A stretch of DNA of 64,000 bases from Bacillota bacterium (GCA_040755005.1 JBFMBV010000007.1:1181-65180), one strand, 5' to 3'; shown: positions 1 to 9,612, counted from the first letter of the stretch. Numbers and translations: made by a program. The notes: generated from the letters alone by a model not told the origin.

Positions 1-448
1 CCGGGCGGGTGTAGTCCTCCTCGAAGCGGATGTCGCGGTTGGTGAGGATGCCGATGAGCTTGTGGGAGGAGTCCACGATGGGCACACCGGAGATGTGGTA
101 GCGCGCCATCATGTCCAGGGCTTCATTGACTAAGGCGTCTGGGCCCAGCCAGATGGGGTCGGAGATGACCCCGTGCTCGGACCGCTTGACTTTGTCGACT
201 TCAGCCGCCTGTATTTCCGGGGGCATGTTCTTGTGGATGACGCCGATGCCGCCCTCGCGGGCGATAGCTATGGCCATGCGCGCCTCGGTGACTGTGTCCA
301 TGCCGGCGCTGGCCAGGGGGATATTGAGCCGGATGTTGCGGGTGAAGTTGGTTGCGATGTCCACGTCGCGCGGTAAGACGTCCGATGGGCCGGGCACCAG
401 GAGCACGTCGTCAAAGGTGAGTCCTTCGCGGTCGAAGCGGCCGGTCAC
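1..448 (-). CDS. guaB: IMP dehydrogenase, 5' part (runs off the window start)
   Basis: Manual translation from GTG at 448 (RBS GGAAGGAGG): [68 protein letters not shown], followed by CBS-domain [20 protein letters not shown]. Not in the ORF track. Confidence 0.96.
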   Translation of the reverse strand, partial: MTGRFDREGLTFDDVLLVPGPSDVLPRDVDIATNFTRNIRLNIPLASAGMDTVTEARMAIAIAREGGIGVIHKNMPPEIQAAEVDKVKRSEHGVISDPIWLGPDALVNEALDMMARYHISGVPIVDSSHKLIGILTNRDIRFEEDYTRP

Positions 449-485
449 GACGGCGTCCCTCCTTCCCTGGGGTGGGCTTTGCCAC

Positions 486-514
486 AGTATAGCAATGGGC
501 ATAATTGGTGTCAA
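486..514 (-). promoter_or_regulatory. SigA-type promoter for guaB
   Basis: Minus strand TTGACA-17 nt-TATACT with a TG extension, about 40 nt upstream of the guaB start. Confidence 0.75.
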
Positions 515-540
515 GCGGACTTGGACGGGACGGCCCGCAC

Positions 541-1059
541 TCAGTCACCCTTCAGGTAGCCGGCTGCCAGTCGGGCGTAGCCCTCGGCCCAGGCTACGCC
601 TCGTTCCACTTCCTCTTCGGCCAACTCCCGTACCACTTTGGCGGGGGTGCCAAGCGCCAACACCCTGGGGGGGATCTCCCTGCCCTGGGGCACCACGGCC
701 CCGGCGCCGATCACCGCCCCCTCGCCGATCTTAGCGCCGTTCAGGATGATCGCCCCCATGCCGATGAGGGCGCCGTCGCCGACGGTGCAGCCATGCAAGA
801 CCGCTCTGTGCCCCACCGTTACATGCTGCCCCACCGTCAACGGAGAGCCTGCGTCCACATGCAGGATGCAGCCGTCCTGGATGTTGCTGGCTTCGCCTAC
901 GGTGATGCTGTCGATATCCCCGCGGATGACGGCGGTGAACCACACGCTGGCTCGCGGGCCGAGGCTGACGTCGCCGATGAGGACGGCGGTGGGGGCGACG
1001 AAGGCACCCTCGTCGATCTGTGGGGATTTGCCCCGGTAGGGCCTCAACAGGGCAGCCAT
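541..1059 (-). CDS. Gamma carbonic anhydrase family protein (YrdA/CaiE-like hexapeptide repeat)
   Basis: [38 protein letters not shown], with the Zn-ligand histidines. Start at 1059 or 1065. Confidence 0.92.
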   Translation of the reverse strand: MAALLRPYRGKSPQIDEGAFVAPTAVLIGDVSLGPRASVWFTAVIRGDIDSITVGEASNIQDGCILHVDAGSPLTVGQHVTVGHRAVLHGCTVGDGALIGMGAIILNGAKIGEGAVIGAGAVVPQGREIPPRVLALGTPAKVVRELAEEEVERGVAWAEGYARLAAGYLKGD

Positions 1060-1140
1060 GTCCATCCCATCCTTTCGCGGTTCACTTCTGCCCGCAGGGC
1101 CGCCTTCCTGCCCCTCAGGGCAGTGCCCGTGTCGGCAAGA

Positions 1141-1178
1141 TTGACACGCCAAGACAGCTTAGTTTAAACTTACTCTAA
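1141..1178 (+). promoter_or_regulatory. SigA promoter overlapped by a Per-box-like operator
   Basis: TTGACA (1141-1146) with TAAACT (1165-1170). TTAAACTTACTCTAA (1164-1178) has 2 mismatches to TTANAATNATTNTAA and lies upstream of the PerR-like gene. Confidence 0.55.
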
Positions 1179-1192
1179 GGTGGCGCGAAGGG

Positions 1193-1618
1193 TTGAAGGC
1201 CATGACCGACCGGGAGCATCGCGAACTGCTGCACAGGCATGGGCTGAAAGCCACGCCTCAGCGTCTCGCTGTGCTCAAGGCGCTGTCTGAGACCGTAGCC
1301 CATCCTACCGCCGAAACGGTGCACAGGGCTGTGCAGCCGTTGAGGCCTGGCACAAGTCTGGCTACGGTCTACAACGTCCTGAACCTGCTGGCGCGGGAAG
1401 GGCTGATCATGGAACTGACCATGGCCGACGCGGCCAGCCGCTTTGACTACACGGTGCAGCCCCACGCCCATATCGTCTGTACCGGGTGCGGCCGGGTGGC
1501 CGATATCCAGGTACCGGTGCCAGCGGAGGCAGGCAGCCAGGCGGAGAGCGTCTCTGGTTTCAGGGTGGACAAGGTGCGGCTGGAGTTCCGCGGGCTCTGT
1601 CCAGACTGCCTCAGATGA
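1193..1618 (+). CDS. perR: Fur family transcriptional repressor, PerR-like
   Basis: TPQRLAVL, HPTAE, SLATVYNVL, RFD..HAHIVCTGC..D and C-terminal CPDC (PerR metal-ligand pattern). Confidence 0.85.
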   Translation: MKAMTDREHRELLHRHGLKATPQRLAVLKALSETVAHPTAETVHRAVQPLRPGTSLATVYNVLNLLAREGLIMELTMADAASRFDYTVQPHAHIVCTGCGRVADIQVPVPAEAGSQAESVSGFRVDKVRLEFRGLCPDCLR

Positions 1619-2918
1619 GCCAGACCCGGCCTACCCAGGCCGCCGCAACCTCCGTCCAGCTCGCGCCAAACAGGTCCCGACCGGAGGAGCCGTAAGCGAC
1701 AGCAGGTAAGATGAGCGTCCCGCCGCCCTCCCGTGGCAGCGCCGCCAGAAAGTCGGCGGTGGTCAGCAGGCCCGCGCTGCCAATAGAGCCCCCGAAAGCC
1801 CGCGACGGCACCGGGACAAGACGCACCCGCCCGCAGTCAAGCTCGGGCTGTAGGGCCAGGGCCAAGGCCCTGAGCCCCAACTCCGACGCTAGGACCGTGA
1901 CCCGCTCTCGGCGGGCAGCCCTGCGGATCCGCGCGATCTGTGCCATGTCCACGTCCCGCACGAACACAGCCCCGGAGGGCGCCTCCGGGGCTTTGCGCAC
2001 GCTCACTGACCGAAGGCCGGCGCCGGACCGTACCACCACTGACGGAGCGGTCCCTGCGGTGAGTAGGTCATAGGCCTCCAAGCGGCAGCGCGGCCGCACC
2101 CCACTCACCTCAAGCAGTTCGTCCCCGGCCCCGAGGCCTGCGGCTTCCGCCGGCGACCCCTTCACCACCCCGGCCAGCGTGGGCCGGAGATCCCGCACTT
2201 CCCCAGGCTCGGGCACCACCGGCAGTCCGTACGCGAGGGTCCAACCCTCGCAACGCCGCGTCAACTCGCTCAGAGTGCCGGGAGAGTGCCGCAGGTAAGC
2301 GGGGGCCAGGCTCGTGTACCCGGGCAGGAAGGCCCGGATGGACCTGGCGCCGTGGGAGGCAAGGAAGCCCACGGTCCCGGCGGCGTCGTCCCAACCGGTG
2401 ACATGGGGCATGGCCACGAGGCTGCCGTGGAAAGGTACGCCCTCCCCGGCCAGCATTGCCACGGCCTCCAGCGCCCGGTCAGGCGACTCGTCGCCGAGCA
2501 GGGAGCGCCGAACAGTCCTGTCGACTGTGTTGAGGGAAACTGTCAGCTCGATGGGCGCCAGGCGCGCCAGAGCCCGTACGGCGGCCTGGTCAAGCAGGGT
2601 CGCGTTGGTCGTAACCCGCAAGCTTGCGCCGGTCGCGCGCCGCACCGCCTGGAGAATCTCGAGCACCGCCGGGTGGCAGAATGGTTCGCCCTCATCCACG
2701 CGCGTGGCGGATTCGCCGATGGTGACTGCGCCACGTGTTGCTGCCAGGGGCGCCTCGCTGACGACGGTCACGGGGTCACGATGGCCCAGGCGGTAGGTCC
2801 GCAGCCCGGGGGGGTTCCACTTCAGGTTGCAGAAGGCGCAGCCCAAGTTACAGGCGGAAGTAAGCGGCAAGACCCCAGCCAGGTTGGCGGACCTAAGCTC
2901 AGCTGCGGGTGCTGTCAC
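1611..2918 (-). CDS. Radical SAM protein with PDZ-like and DUF512-like domains
   Basis: CNLGCAFC motif, GEPF, TTNATLL; PDZ-like GSPAEAAGLGAGDELL; C-terminal FGGSIGSAGLLT. Confidence 0.8.
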   Translation of the reverse strand: MTAPAAELRSANLAGVLPLTSACNLGCAFCNLKWNPPGLRTYRLGHRDPVTVVSEAPLAATRGAVTIGESATRVDEGEPFCHPAVLEILQAVRRATGASLRVTTNATLLDQAAVRALARLAPIELTVSLNTVDRTVRRSLLGDESPDRALEAVAMLAGEGVPFHGSLVAMPHVTGWDDAAGTVGFLASHGARSIRAFLPGYTSLAPAYLRHSPGTLSELTRRCEGWTLAYGLPVVPEPGEVRDLRPTLAGVVKGSPAEAAGLGAGDELLEVSGVRPRCRLEAYDLLTAGTAPSVVVRSGAGLRSVSVRKAPEAPSGAVFVRDVDMAQIARIRRAARRERVTVLASELGLRALALALQPELDCGRVRLVPVPSRAFGGSIGSAGLLTTADFLAALPREGGGTLILPAVAYGSSGRDLFGASWTEVAAAWVGRVWLI

Positions 2919-3423
2919 GGGCGATGGTCTCCCTGATGGTCCGACGACCGGTCAGGACCCGGACCGGAACCCCCCCGGCGAAGCACCCGGCGGGGACGTC
3001 CTTGTTGACCAGGGAGGCGGCGGACACTACGGCTCCTTGCCCCACCGTCACCCCGGCCAGAATCGTGCAGTTCGCGCCGATGACCGCGCCCTCCCCTATG
3101 ACCACTGGGCCTGTCCGCCATTCCACGCGTAGGAACTCGTGGGCCAGGATGATGCTGTTGAACCCGATGATGCAGTCGTCCTGCAGCGTGATGAGCTCCG
3201 GCCACATGATGTCGAACCCCGCCTTGAACCCTACCGAGACGTTGCGGCCGACCTTCATCCCAGTCAGCCTGAGCACGCGCGCCTTCCACTCTAGACTGGG
3301 CAGGAAGCGCTGCAGTTCGATCAGGAGGAAGTTCCTGACCACCCGCCAGGGCGGGATGATGCGCGGCCAGTGCCGCAGGGAGTTCGGCCCATGGACGGGA
3401 TGGCTCACCAGCCGGCGCCTCAT
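2899..3423 (-). CDS. Hexapeptide-repeat acyltransferase, YvoF-like
   Basis: HPVHGPNSL..VVRNFLLI..DIMWPELITL..IIGFNSIILAHEFL..GPVVIG closely follows B. subtilis YvoF as recalled. Confidence 0.8.
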   Translation of the reverse strand: MRRRLVSHPVHGPNSLRHWPRIIPPWRVVRNFLLIELQRFLPSLEWKARVLRLTGMKVGRNVSVGFKAGFDIMWPELITLQDDCIIGFNSIILAHEFLRVEWRTGPVVIGEGAVIGANCTILAGVTVGQGAVVSAASLVNKDVPAGCFAGGVPVRVLTGRRTIRETIARDSTRS

Positions 3424-4415
3424 GAGGCCCACCCTGTGAGCGGCAGGTTGGCGACGGCATTGAGGTGTAGGTCAGCCGTCTTCCCCGCCAGCCGTTTGTG
3501 GTGGCCGGCGGCCGCCACCATGGCCCCGTTGTCGGTACAGAGTTCCTTCGGGGGTATCAACACCGTCATGCCTTCCTGCCTGCATACCTCCCGCAGCTGA
3601 CTGCGGAGGGTGTCATTGGCTGCCACACCTCCTGCCAACGCCACCGTCCCGACCCGGCAGGCCTTCGCCGCCGCCACGGTCTTATCCACCAGGGCAGTGA
3701 CGACGGCCAGCTGGAACGAGGCGGCCAGGTGCGCATCACCGTACTGCCCCCGGCGCGTCAGGGTGGCGGTCTTGAGGCCGCTGAAGCTGAAGTCGAAGCT
3801 CCCCTCTTCCAGCCGGGCCACAGGCAGCACGAGGGCTGAGGGGTCGCCCTGGGCGGCCAACCGCTCGAGGGCCGGACCGCCGGGGTATGACAACCCAAAA
3901 GCCCGGGCCACCTTATCGAAAGCTTCTCCGGCCGCATCGTCCCGGGTCCTGCCCAGGCGGGCGTAGTCGCCGTGGCCCCTGACCAGGATGAGCTCCGAGT
4001 GCCCACCTGAGGCCACCAGGCACACCCAGGGGAACGCCGGAGGGCTGGGGCGCAGGAGGTTGGCGTAAATGTGAGCCTCGATGTGGTGCACGGCCACGAG
4101 CGGCTTGTTCAAGGCGTAGGCCAGTGCCTTGGCCGCGGCCACACCGACCAGCAGGGCGCCAACCAACCCGGGTGCGTGGGTCACCGCCACCGTGTCAACC
4201 TGCGCAAGGCCGAGGCTGGCCCTGCGCAGGGTCTCCGCCAACACGGGCAGGAGGTTGGTCAGGTGCCGCCTGGAGGCCAGTTCGGGAACGACGCCGCCGT
4301 ACGCCTGGTGCAACTCGACCTGGGATGAGATCAAGCTGGCCAGGATCGACTCCCCACCCTCCACTAGGGCTACCGACGTTTCATCGCAGCTGGTCTCGAG
4401 GCCCAGCGTCACCAA
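3420..4415 (-). CDS. tsaD: tRNA N6-adenosine threonylcarbamoyltransferase TsaD
   Basis: LGLETSCDET, YGGVVPELASRRH, HHIEAH, SGGHS, DDAAGEAFDK, CTDNGAMVA. Confidence 0.97.
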   Translation of the reverse strand: MVTLGLETSCDETSVALVEGGESILASLISSQVELHQAYGGVVPELASRRHLTNLLPVLAETLRRASLGLAQVDTVAVTHAPGLVGALLVGVAAAKALAYALNKPLVAVHHIEAHIYANLLRPSPPAFPWVCLVASGGHSELILVRGHGDYARLGRTRDDAAGEAFDKVARAFGLSYPGGPALERLAAQGDPSALVLPVARLEEGSFDFSFSGLKTATLTRRGQYGDAHLAASFQLAVVTALVDKTVAAAKACRVGTVALAGGVAANDTLRSQLREVCRQEGMTVLIPPKELCTDNGAMVAAAGHHKRLAGKTADLHLNAVANLPLTGWAS

Positions 4416-4875
4416 GGGAGACGCCCCCCTTCAGTTCATGCTTCCACATGATGAGCGCGTCCTCACCCGTGTCGCTGTAGTACCGGTGCCTGACCCCGGC
4501 CCTGACGAAGCCGTGGGCTTCATAGAGCTTCAGCGCCGCTGTGTTGCTTGGGCGGACCTCGAGGGTCATGCGGGTGGCCCCGCGGCTGGCGGCCTCGGCA
4601 GTGAGTCCTCCCAGGAGCAGGTTCCCGGCGCCACCTCGCCGGTGGCGGGGATCCACGGCGATGTTGGTCACGTGCGCTTCGTCGATGATTAACCACATGC
4701 CGCCGTAGCCCACCACGCGACTGTCACAGCAACAGACCAGGTAGACCGCGAACAGATTGGACTTGAGCTCACGCGCGAAGGCTTCCCTGGTCCAAGGGGT
4801 CGAGAAGCTCTCGGTCTCGATGGCCAGCACCTGGTCCAGGTCAGCCGGGGTCATCGCTCGCAGGTAGTATGCCAC
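4381..4875 (-). CDS. rimI: Ribosomal protein S18 alanine N-acetyltransferase
   Basis: IETESFSTPW, EAHVTNIAV, RRGGAG, LEVRPSN..A..LY, RYYSDTGEDALIMW. GTG start at 4875. Confidence 0.93.
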   Translation of the reverse strand: MAYYLRAMTPADLDQVLAIETESFSTPWTREAFARELKSNLFAVYLVCCCDSRVVGYGGMWLIIDEAHVTNIAVDPRHRRGGAGNLLLGGLTAEAASRGATRMTLEVRPSNTAALKLYEAHGFVRAGVRHRYYSDTGEDALIMWKHELKGGVSLGDAGPRDQLR

Positions 4876-4879
4876 GCTT

Positions 4880-5509
4880 CTAGCCTCTTTGGCAGCCAGC
4901 CCGGGCCTGAGCCAAGGGTTGTCGCAAGTACACAGGTTCCACTGACAAGGGGTCGGCGCCGCGGCCCGCCTTGAGCAGTTCCGCGCCAACTGCCGCCACG
5001 GCGGCAGCGCTGGACTGTGCTTCGCCAGCGAACAGGGTGGCAGGGGGCAGGGCCGTGAGCAGCCGGCTGAACTGCTCCCGGGACAGGACCTCGTCAGGAC
5101 CATGCCGCTTCCAGGCGCCGTCCCACCTGAAGCAAGCAGCGTAGACCTCGTCGCGCCTCCCGTCCAGGCTGGCACAGGCAGTCAGCCCCGGCGCCCCGGA
5201 CAGAGCTGTCGCCAAGGCCTCCAGAGTCGGAACGGCGGCTAGCTTCAGCCCCGCAGCAAAGGCTAGCGTCTTGGCGGTCATCACCCCGAGGCGCAGACCG
5301 GTGAAGCTCCCTGGCCCGATCGACACGGCGACCCCGTCCAGCTCCTTGAGCGCGAGCCCTGCCTGGGCCAGAGCGTAGCGGACCATGGGCATGAGCTGCA
5401 CCGAATGGAGGCGGGGGATGTGGAGGGATACCTGGCAAGCGGGTCGGTCCCCTGTCCACACGGCCACGCCGCAGACGGCCGTGGCCGTGTCCAAGGCGAG
5501 GAGCTTCAA
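4880..5509 (-). CDS. tsaB: t6A biosynthesis protein TsaB
   Basis: LALDTAT, HSVQLMP, GPGSFTGLRLG, VPTLEALA, DGRRDEVY, EPVYLR. TTG start overlaps the tsaE stop. Confidence 0.93.
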   Translation of the reverse strand: MKLLALDTATAVCGVAVWTGDRPACQVSLHIPRLHSVQLMPMVRYALAQAGLALKELDGVAVSIGPGSFTGLRLGVMTAKTLAFAAGLKLAAVPTLEALATALSGAPGLTACASLDGRRDEVYAACFRWDGAWKRHGPDEVLSREQFSRLLTALPPATLFAGEAQSSAAAVAAVGAELLKAGRGADPLSVEPVYLRQPLAQARAGCQRG

Positions 5510-5970
5510 GTTTCCACCCCCTCGACCAGGCTGCGCAAGGCAGCATCCGCACCCCTGAAAGTGAGCCGGCGCCTGCCGTCGTGGCCAGGCACCTGCTCCA
5601 GCTTGATCTCCAGGCGGCTGGGGAGCGGGAACGGGGCCTTGCCCGCCCACTCCACCAGGGTGAACCCATCGCCCTCCAGGTACTCCTCGAGTCCAAGCTC
5701 CAGAAAGTCATCTTCCCGGTCAAGGCGGTAGAAGTCCATGTGATAGACAGATCCGCGGGCCCCTGCGTACTCCTGGATCAGGGCGAAGGTGGGTGAGGTG
5801 ACCCTCCCCTCGATTCCCAACCCTGCTGCGATGCCCTGGGCCAGACTGGTCTTGCCTGCGCCTAAGGGGCCCTCTAGCAGGACCACGTCTCCCGGCCGGA
5901 GCCAGCTGGCGACGGCCAATCCGATCGCCCTGGTGTGCCCGGCACCCTGCGAGAGCACCTCCAACGTCAT
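5506..5970 (-). CDS. tsaE: t6A biosynthesis ATPase TsaE
   Basis: LLEGPLGAGKT, VTSPTFALIQEY, YHMDFYRL, LVEWA. Confidence 0.95.
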   Translation of the reverse strand: MTLEVLSQGAGHTRAIGLAVASWLRPGDVVLLEGPLGAGKTSLAQGIAAGLGIEGRVTSPTFALIQEYAGARGSVYHMDFYRLDREDDFLELGLEEYLEGDGFTLVEWAGKAPFPLPSRLEIKLEQVPGHDGRRRLTFRGADAALRSLVEGVET

Positions 5971-6548
5971 TCCCCCAGGTATCTTGCCCGCAGGGCCTTG
6001 AAGTCTTCCCACACGGGCCGCTTCTTGCTGCTGTCCCTCAACAGGGCGGCGGGGTGGAAGGTCGGCAGGTACAGCCGTCCGTCCCGCTCGAACCACTGGC
6101 CCCGGACGCGCGAGATCCGCGCCTCCGCATTCAGCAGAGCTTGGGTGGCCGCCGCGCCCAGACACACGACGATGCGGGGTTTGACCGCGGCGAACTGCCT
6201 GTCCAGCCAGGGCCTGCAGGCCGCCACCTCCTCGGGGAAGGGGATGCGGTTGGCAGGTGGCCGGCATTTTACGGCGTTCGTGATGTAGACCGACGCACGG
6301 CTGAAACCAGCCGCCTCCAAGATCCGGTCGAGGAGTTTGCCTGCAGCGCCGACGAAGGGCCTGCCCAGTTCGTCCTCGGTCCGCCCCGGCCCCTCTCCCA
6401 CCAGCACGATCGCGGCGTGGGGGTCGCCCTCGCCAAAGACCACACCTCTGCACCCTGCCCGCAGTCCACACCGCCTGCAGCCGGCGGCCTCCCGGGCCAA
6501 ATCCTCAAGGACCATGGGGGCTGGCGCCTCGTCGAACCTCTGCTGCAT
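5967..6548 (-). CDS. Family 4 uracil-DNA glycosylase (Fe-S)
   Basis: CRRCGL, VGEGPG..ED..GRPFVGAAGKLL, YITNAVKCRPP, TFHPAALLR. Confidence 0.93.
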   Translation of the reverse strand: MQQRFDEAPAPMVLEDLAREAAGCRRCGLRAGCRGVVFGEGDPHAAIVLVGEGPGRTEDELGRPFVGAAGKLLDRILEAAGFSRASVYITNAVKCRPPANRIPFPEEVAACRPWLDRQFAAVKPRIVVCLGAAATQALLNAEARISRVRGQWFERDGRLYLPTFHPAALLRDSSKKRPVWEDFKALRARYLGE

Positions 6549-7670
6549 TCAGCCCTCCAGGATCTCCACATTGGCCCTGGGAATGGTGACAACTTCGCCT
6601 CCGGGCAGCCTGGCCCTGAGGATACGGACCTTGGCTTCGGTTTCGATCACCTGGAGCTCTGGCGGCAGTTCCACGACCTGGGCCAGTGCCCCGAAGTAGG
6701 GCTCGCGGATGATACGGACGGTGGTGCCCGGCACCAATCCCTCGCTGGCGGCCAGCGTCTTAACTGCACCCTTGGCCATGTGCCCCGGCACGATGACCTC
6801 AGGCCGCATGACCCCGGCCCTGATCTGAGTGGCGCCGTTGACTGAGGCGAACTTCCCTTCCAGCTGCTTAAAGAGGCTGAAGGTCTTGTCGGCCATGTTC
6901 ATCTGTCCGAAGCCTTCAGTGACGATGATGGTGAGGGCAATGTCCTCCTGTCCAGTGATGGCGACGCCGATATCATAACCCAAGAGGTTGATCAGGTCTG
7001 TATCAATGATCCCACCGCCGACCAAGCCCTTTGCCCCTACCTCGATGGCGCGCTTGATAGCAGGGCCCGTGATGACGGAACCACCCACGACGATATCCCC
7101 TGCGTGCGCCGGGGTCAGGTGCCGGGCCTCCAGTGGCTCGTCGGCCGCCGATACGGCTACCCTAAGGGTCCCGCTGGTCTCGCCGCCGACGCCGAAGATT
7201 CCCTGGATGAATGCCCCTTCGGTCTCGACGACCACACCCTCACCGGCGATGACCTCGACGATGGTGCCGTGGACATAGGCTGACACATCCAGGGGTATGT
7301 CGGCTTCCCTGATGATGGCCTGACCGGTCACCGGAGACATGCTTTGGAGGGTCCCGGAAACGGGCGCGCGGCAGTAGACCTTCGACAGCCCGAACCAGGA
7401 GATGCTCTTGGCAATCACCTCGTCCTTGGCCACGGCTTCCCCCACCTTCTTGACGAGGTGCGGGGCCAGGTACTCTGCGGGCATCCCCATGATGTTGGCG
7501 ACGTTGATCGTGACAGGATTGCCCGGCAACTTGGTCCTGGCGACCACTGTGTCAGGAGCGACCTTGTCGCCGACCTTCACCAGGACGTCGCCGGGGATGG
7601 GCAGGCGCCTGACTCTGCGCACGACAATGTGCTCGGTCACTTTGAGACCGGGAGTGTATGCGTGGGCCAT
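6549..7670 (-). CDS. Uncharacterised protein with barrel-sandwich-hybrid repeats, a Rossmann-like middle and a C-terminal KOW-like motif (paralog 1)
   Basis: VLVKVGDKVAPDTVVA, LVKKVGEAVAKDEVIA..RAPVSG, TEGFG, NGATQIRAGVMRPE, GTTVRIIREPYFG. Paralogous to 10661..12010. Confidence 0.8.
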   Translation of the reverse strand: MAHAYTPGLKVTEHIVVRRVRRLPIPGDVLVKVGDKVAPDTVVARTKLPGNPVTINVANIMGMPAEYLAPHLVKKVGEAVAKDEVIAKSISWFGLSKVYCRAPVSGTLQSMSPVTGQAIIREADIPLDVSAYVHGTIVEVIAGEGVVVETEGAFIQGIFGVGGETSGTLRVAVSAADEPLEARHLTPAHAGDIVVGGSVITGPAIKRAIEVGAKGLVGGGIIDTDLINLLGYDIGVAITGQEDIALTIIVTEGFGQMNMADKTFSLFKQLEGKFASVNGATQIRAGVMRPEVIVPGHMAKGAVKTLAASEGLVPGTTVRIIREPYFGALAQVVELPPELQVIETEAKVRILRARLPGGEVVTIPRANVEILEG

Positions 7671-7683
7671 GTGCGCGCCTCCT

Positions 7684-9534
7684 CTACTGACGCCCCAGGT
7701 AGCGCTGTAAGGCCGCCTGGGGGTAGATATCAAGGGCCTTGATCCACTGCAGCAGCTTGGTGCGGCGAGTGGCCTCATCGCTGGGCAGCCTGAAAGGACG
7801 GCCGCGGCAATCGACGATGAGCCCGACCACTCCACCCTCAGCCTTCAGCCGCAGGCTCCGACCCCTGCCCGCGCCAGCATCCAGCAGTAGGGCTGGCCTC
7901 ACCTCAACCTCCGCAGTGGTGCCCTCAGGGATCGCGAAAGCGTGGATCTGACCGAAGTCAACCGTGAACTCAGCCGGTCCGTCGGGCAGGCTCACCTTGA
8001 CGGAGACCGCCCGCTCGCCGTCGCGCAACAGGCCGATGGGGGCGATGCACGTGCCCAGCTTGATGAGGCAGTCCCTGTCGAACACCTGGGCGGCCGCTTG
8101 GGCATGGACAGTCGACAGGACCCCAAGCTGAGGCATCATGAAAATGGAGTCCACGGCCAACCGTGTGACGCCTTCCGGCAGGAAGCTGTCGATTAGCATC
8201 AGGGCCGCCTGCGCGCGCCTGGGGGCGTGGGACAGGACCCCTCCTGACCCGACCAGCATGCCCAGCCCCCTCATGTCCACCAGGGAGACATCGGTGCCAG
8301 CGGAGTCGACGAGCCCTCCCTCGCCATACTCCTTCTGAATGCCCCTCAGGCCCACGGCCAGGCTCTTGTGGTGCTCAAACGCCAGCCGCATCGCTTCGCG
8401 CGCCAGCGCCTGCTCAACGATAAGCTCCTCGACGGTGTGGGGGATAGTGGTAGGCCTGATCATCTTATTGCGGATACGGTTCCTCAGGTCCGCCTCGTCA
8501 AGGGGGAATGGCAGCCAGCGGACGAGACTGGCCACACCTGCCTCCAACAGGACGTTGCAGATGGAGTAACTCATGCCGAGGTTGGCGCTGACCGTGCGGT
8601 TGAACTTCTCCTCGAACAGGGAGAACACATCGGTGGTGGCCCCGCCGATGTCGACGCCGATTATGCTCATGTCATTCTCTTTGCCCGTGGTTTCGATGAT
8701 CAGCCCTACGGCGCCTGGCGTGGGCATGATGGGGACGTCGGTCCAGCGCATCAGCTTGTCGTATCCGGGCGCCTGGGCCATGACATGTTCCATGAACAGA
8801 TTGTGGATTTCCTCCCGGGCCGGGCCTAGGACTTCCCGTTCCAGCACCGGCCTGAGGTTGTCCACGATGCGCAAGTCGGTCTTGGCGTCGAGGATATCTT
8901 TGATGTAGGTCCTGGCTGCAACGTTACCGGCATAGATGATGGGGAGCTTAAACCCGATGCCGAGCCGCGGCCTGGGCTCAGCCGCTGCGATCAGTTCGGC
9001 GATCTGGACCACATGGGACACAGTGCCCCCATCGATCCCCCCGGACAGGAGGATCATGTCCGGGCGCAGGTGGCGGATGCGCTCGATCTTCTGGTGGGGC
9101 TTACGGCCGTCGTCGATGGCGATAGCATCCATCACGATGGCGCCGGCGCCCAGCGCCGCCCGCTCGGCGCTCTGCGCCGTCATGATCTTGACCACGCCGG
9201 CGACCATCATCTGCAGGCCACCCCCCGCGCTGGAGGTGGACAGGTACAAGTCCACCCCACCCTCCTGCCCCTGGGGCGTGATGACGCCTCCCTCGGACAG
9301 GAACTTGCGGCCGGTGAGCTCCTCTACTTCACGGATGGCGTTCCTGGCGCCCATAGTCACGTCTTCGAACGGCTTCTCGACTGTCGTGGGCGCTTCACCG
9401 CGCACGACCAGCCTGTACGCGCCATCCACCTTGTCGATGAGGATGGCTTTGGTCGTCGTGCTGCCGCAGTCGGTCGCCAGGATGGACCTAATCTCCCGGT
9501 CCCCTTGGTTCTTGTGCTTCGTTCCCCCTGCCAA
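7684..9534 (-). CDS. Glutamate mutase L (GlmL/MutL)-like ASKHA ATPase (paralog 1)
   Basis: Actin-fold motifs ATDCGSTTTK, LSGGIDGG, MPTPGAV, VDIGGATTDVFS, RTVSANLGMSYS, VGSGGVLSHAP. Probable TTG start at 9534. Confidence 0.85.
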   Translation of the reverse strand: MAGGTKHKNQGDREIRSILATDCGSTTTKAILIDKVDGAYRLVVRGEAPTTVEKPFEDVTMGARNAIREVEELTGRKFLSEGGVITPQGQEGGVDLYLSTSSAGGGLQMMVAGVVKIMTAQSAERAALGAGAIVMDAIAIDDGRKPHQKIERIRHLRPDMILLSGGIDGGTVSHVVQIAELIAAAEPRPRLGIGFKLPIIYAGNVAARTYIKDILDAKTDLRIVDNLRPVLEREVLGPAREEIHNLFMEHVMAQAPGYDKLMRWTDVPIMPTPGAVGLIIETTGKENDMSIIGVDIGGATTDVFSLFEEKFNRTVSANLGMSYSICNVLLEAGVASLVRWLPFPLDEADLRNRIRNKMIRPTTIPHTVEELIVEQALAREAMRLAFEHHKSLAVGLRGIQKEYGEGGLVDSAGTDVSLVDMRGLGMLVGSGGVLSHAPRRAQAALMLIDSFLPEGVTRLAVDSIFMMPQLGVLSTVHAQAAAQVFDRDCLIKLGTCIAPIGLLRDGERAVSVKVSLPDGPAEFTVDFGQIHAFAIPEGTTAEVEVRPALLLDAGAGRGRSLRLKAEGGVVGLIVDCRGRPFRLPSDEATRRTKLLQWIKALDIYPQAALQRYLGRQ

Positions 9535-9583
9535 CGCGCAGCCCCCTTCCGCGTTACCTGGGCGTTCGCCCAATCCTAGCAGG

Positions 9584-9612
9584 TATTCGTCGGGGAGGAG
9601 CGCAAACCCTTC
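9584..9612 (-). promoter_or_regulatory. SigH-like promoter for the GlmL-like paralog 1 / tsa operon
   Basis: GAAGGGTTT-12 nt-GACGAATA on the minus strand. Confidence 0.45.

Noticed and set aside
4880-5509. tsaB as a pseudogene because it is short (209 aa)
   Set aside because: The frame is open, the key motifs and C-terminal EPVYLR are present, and only a variable loop region appears shortened.
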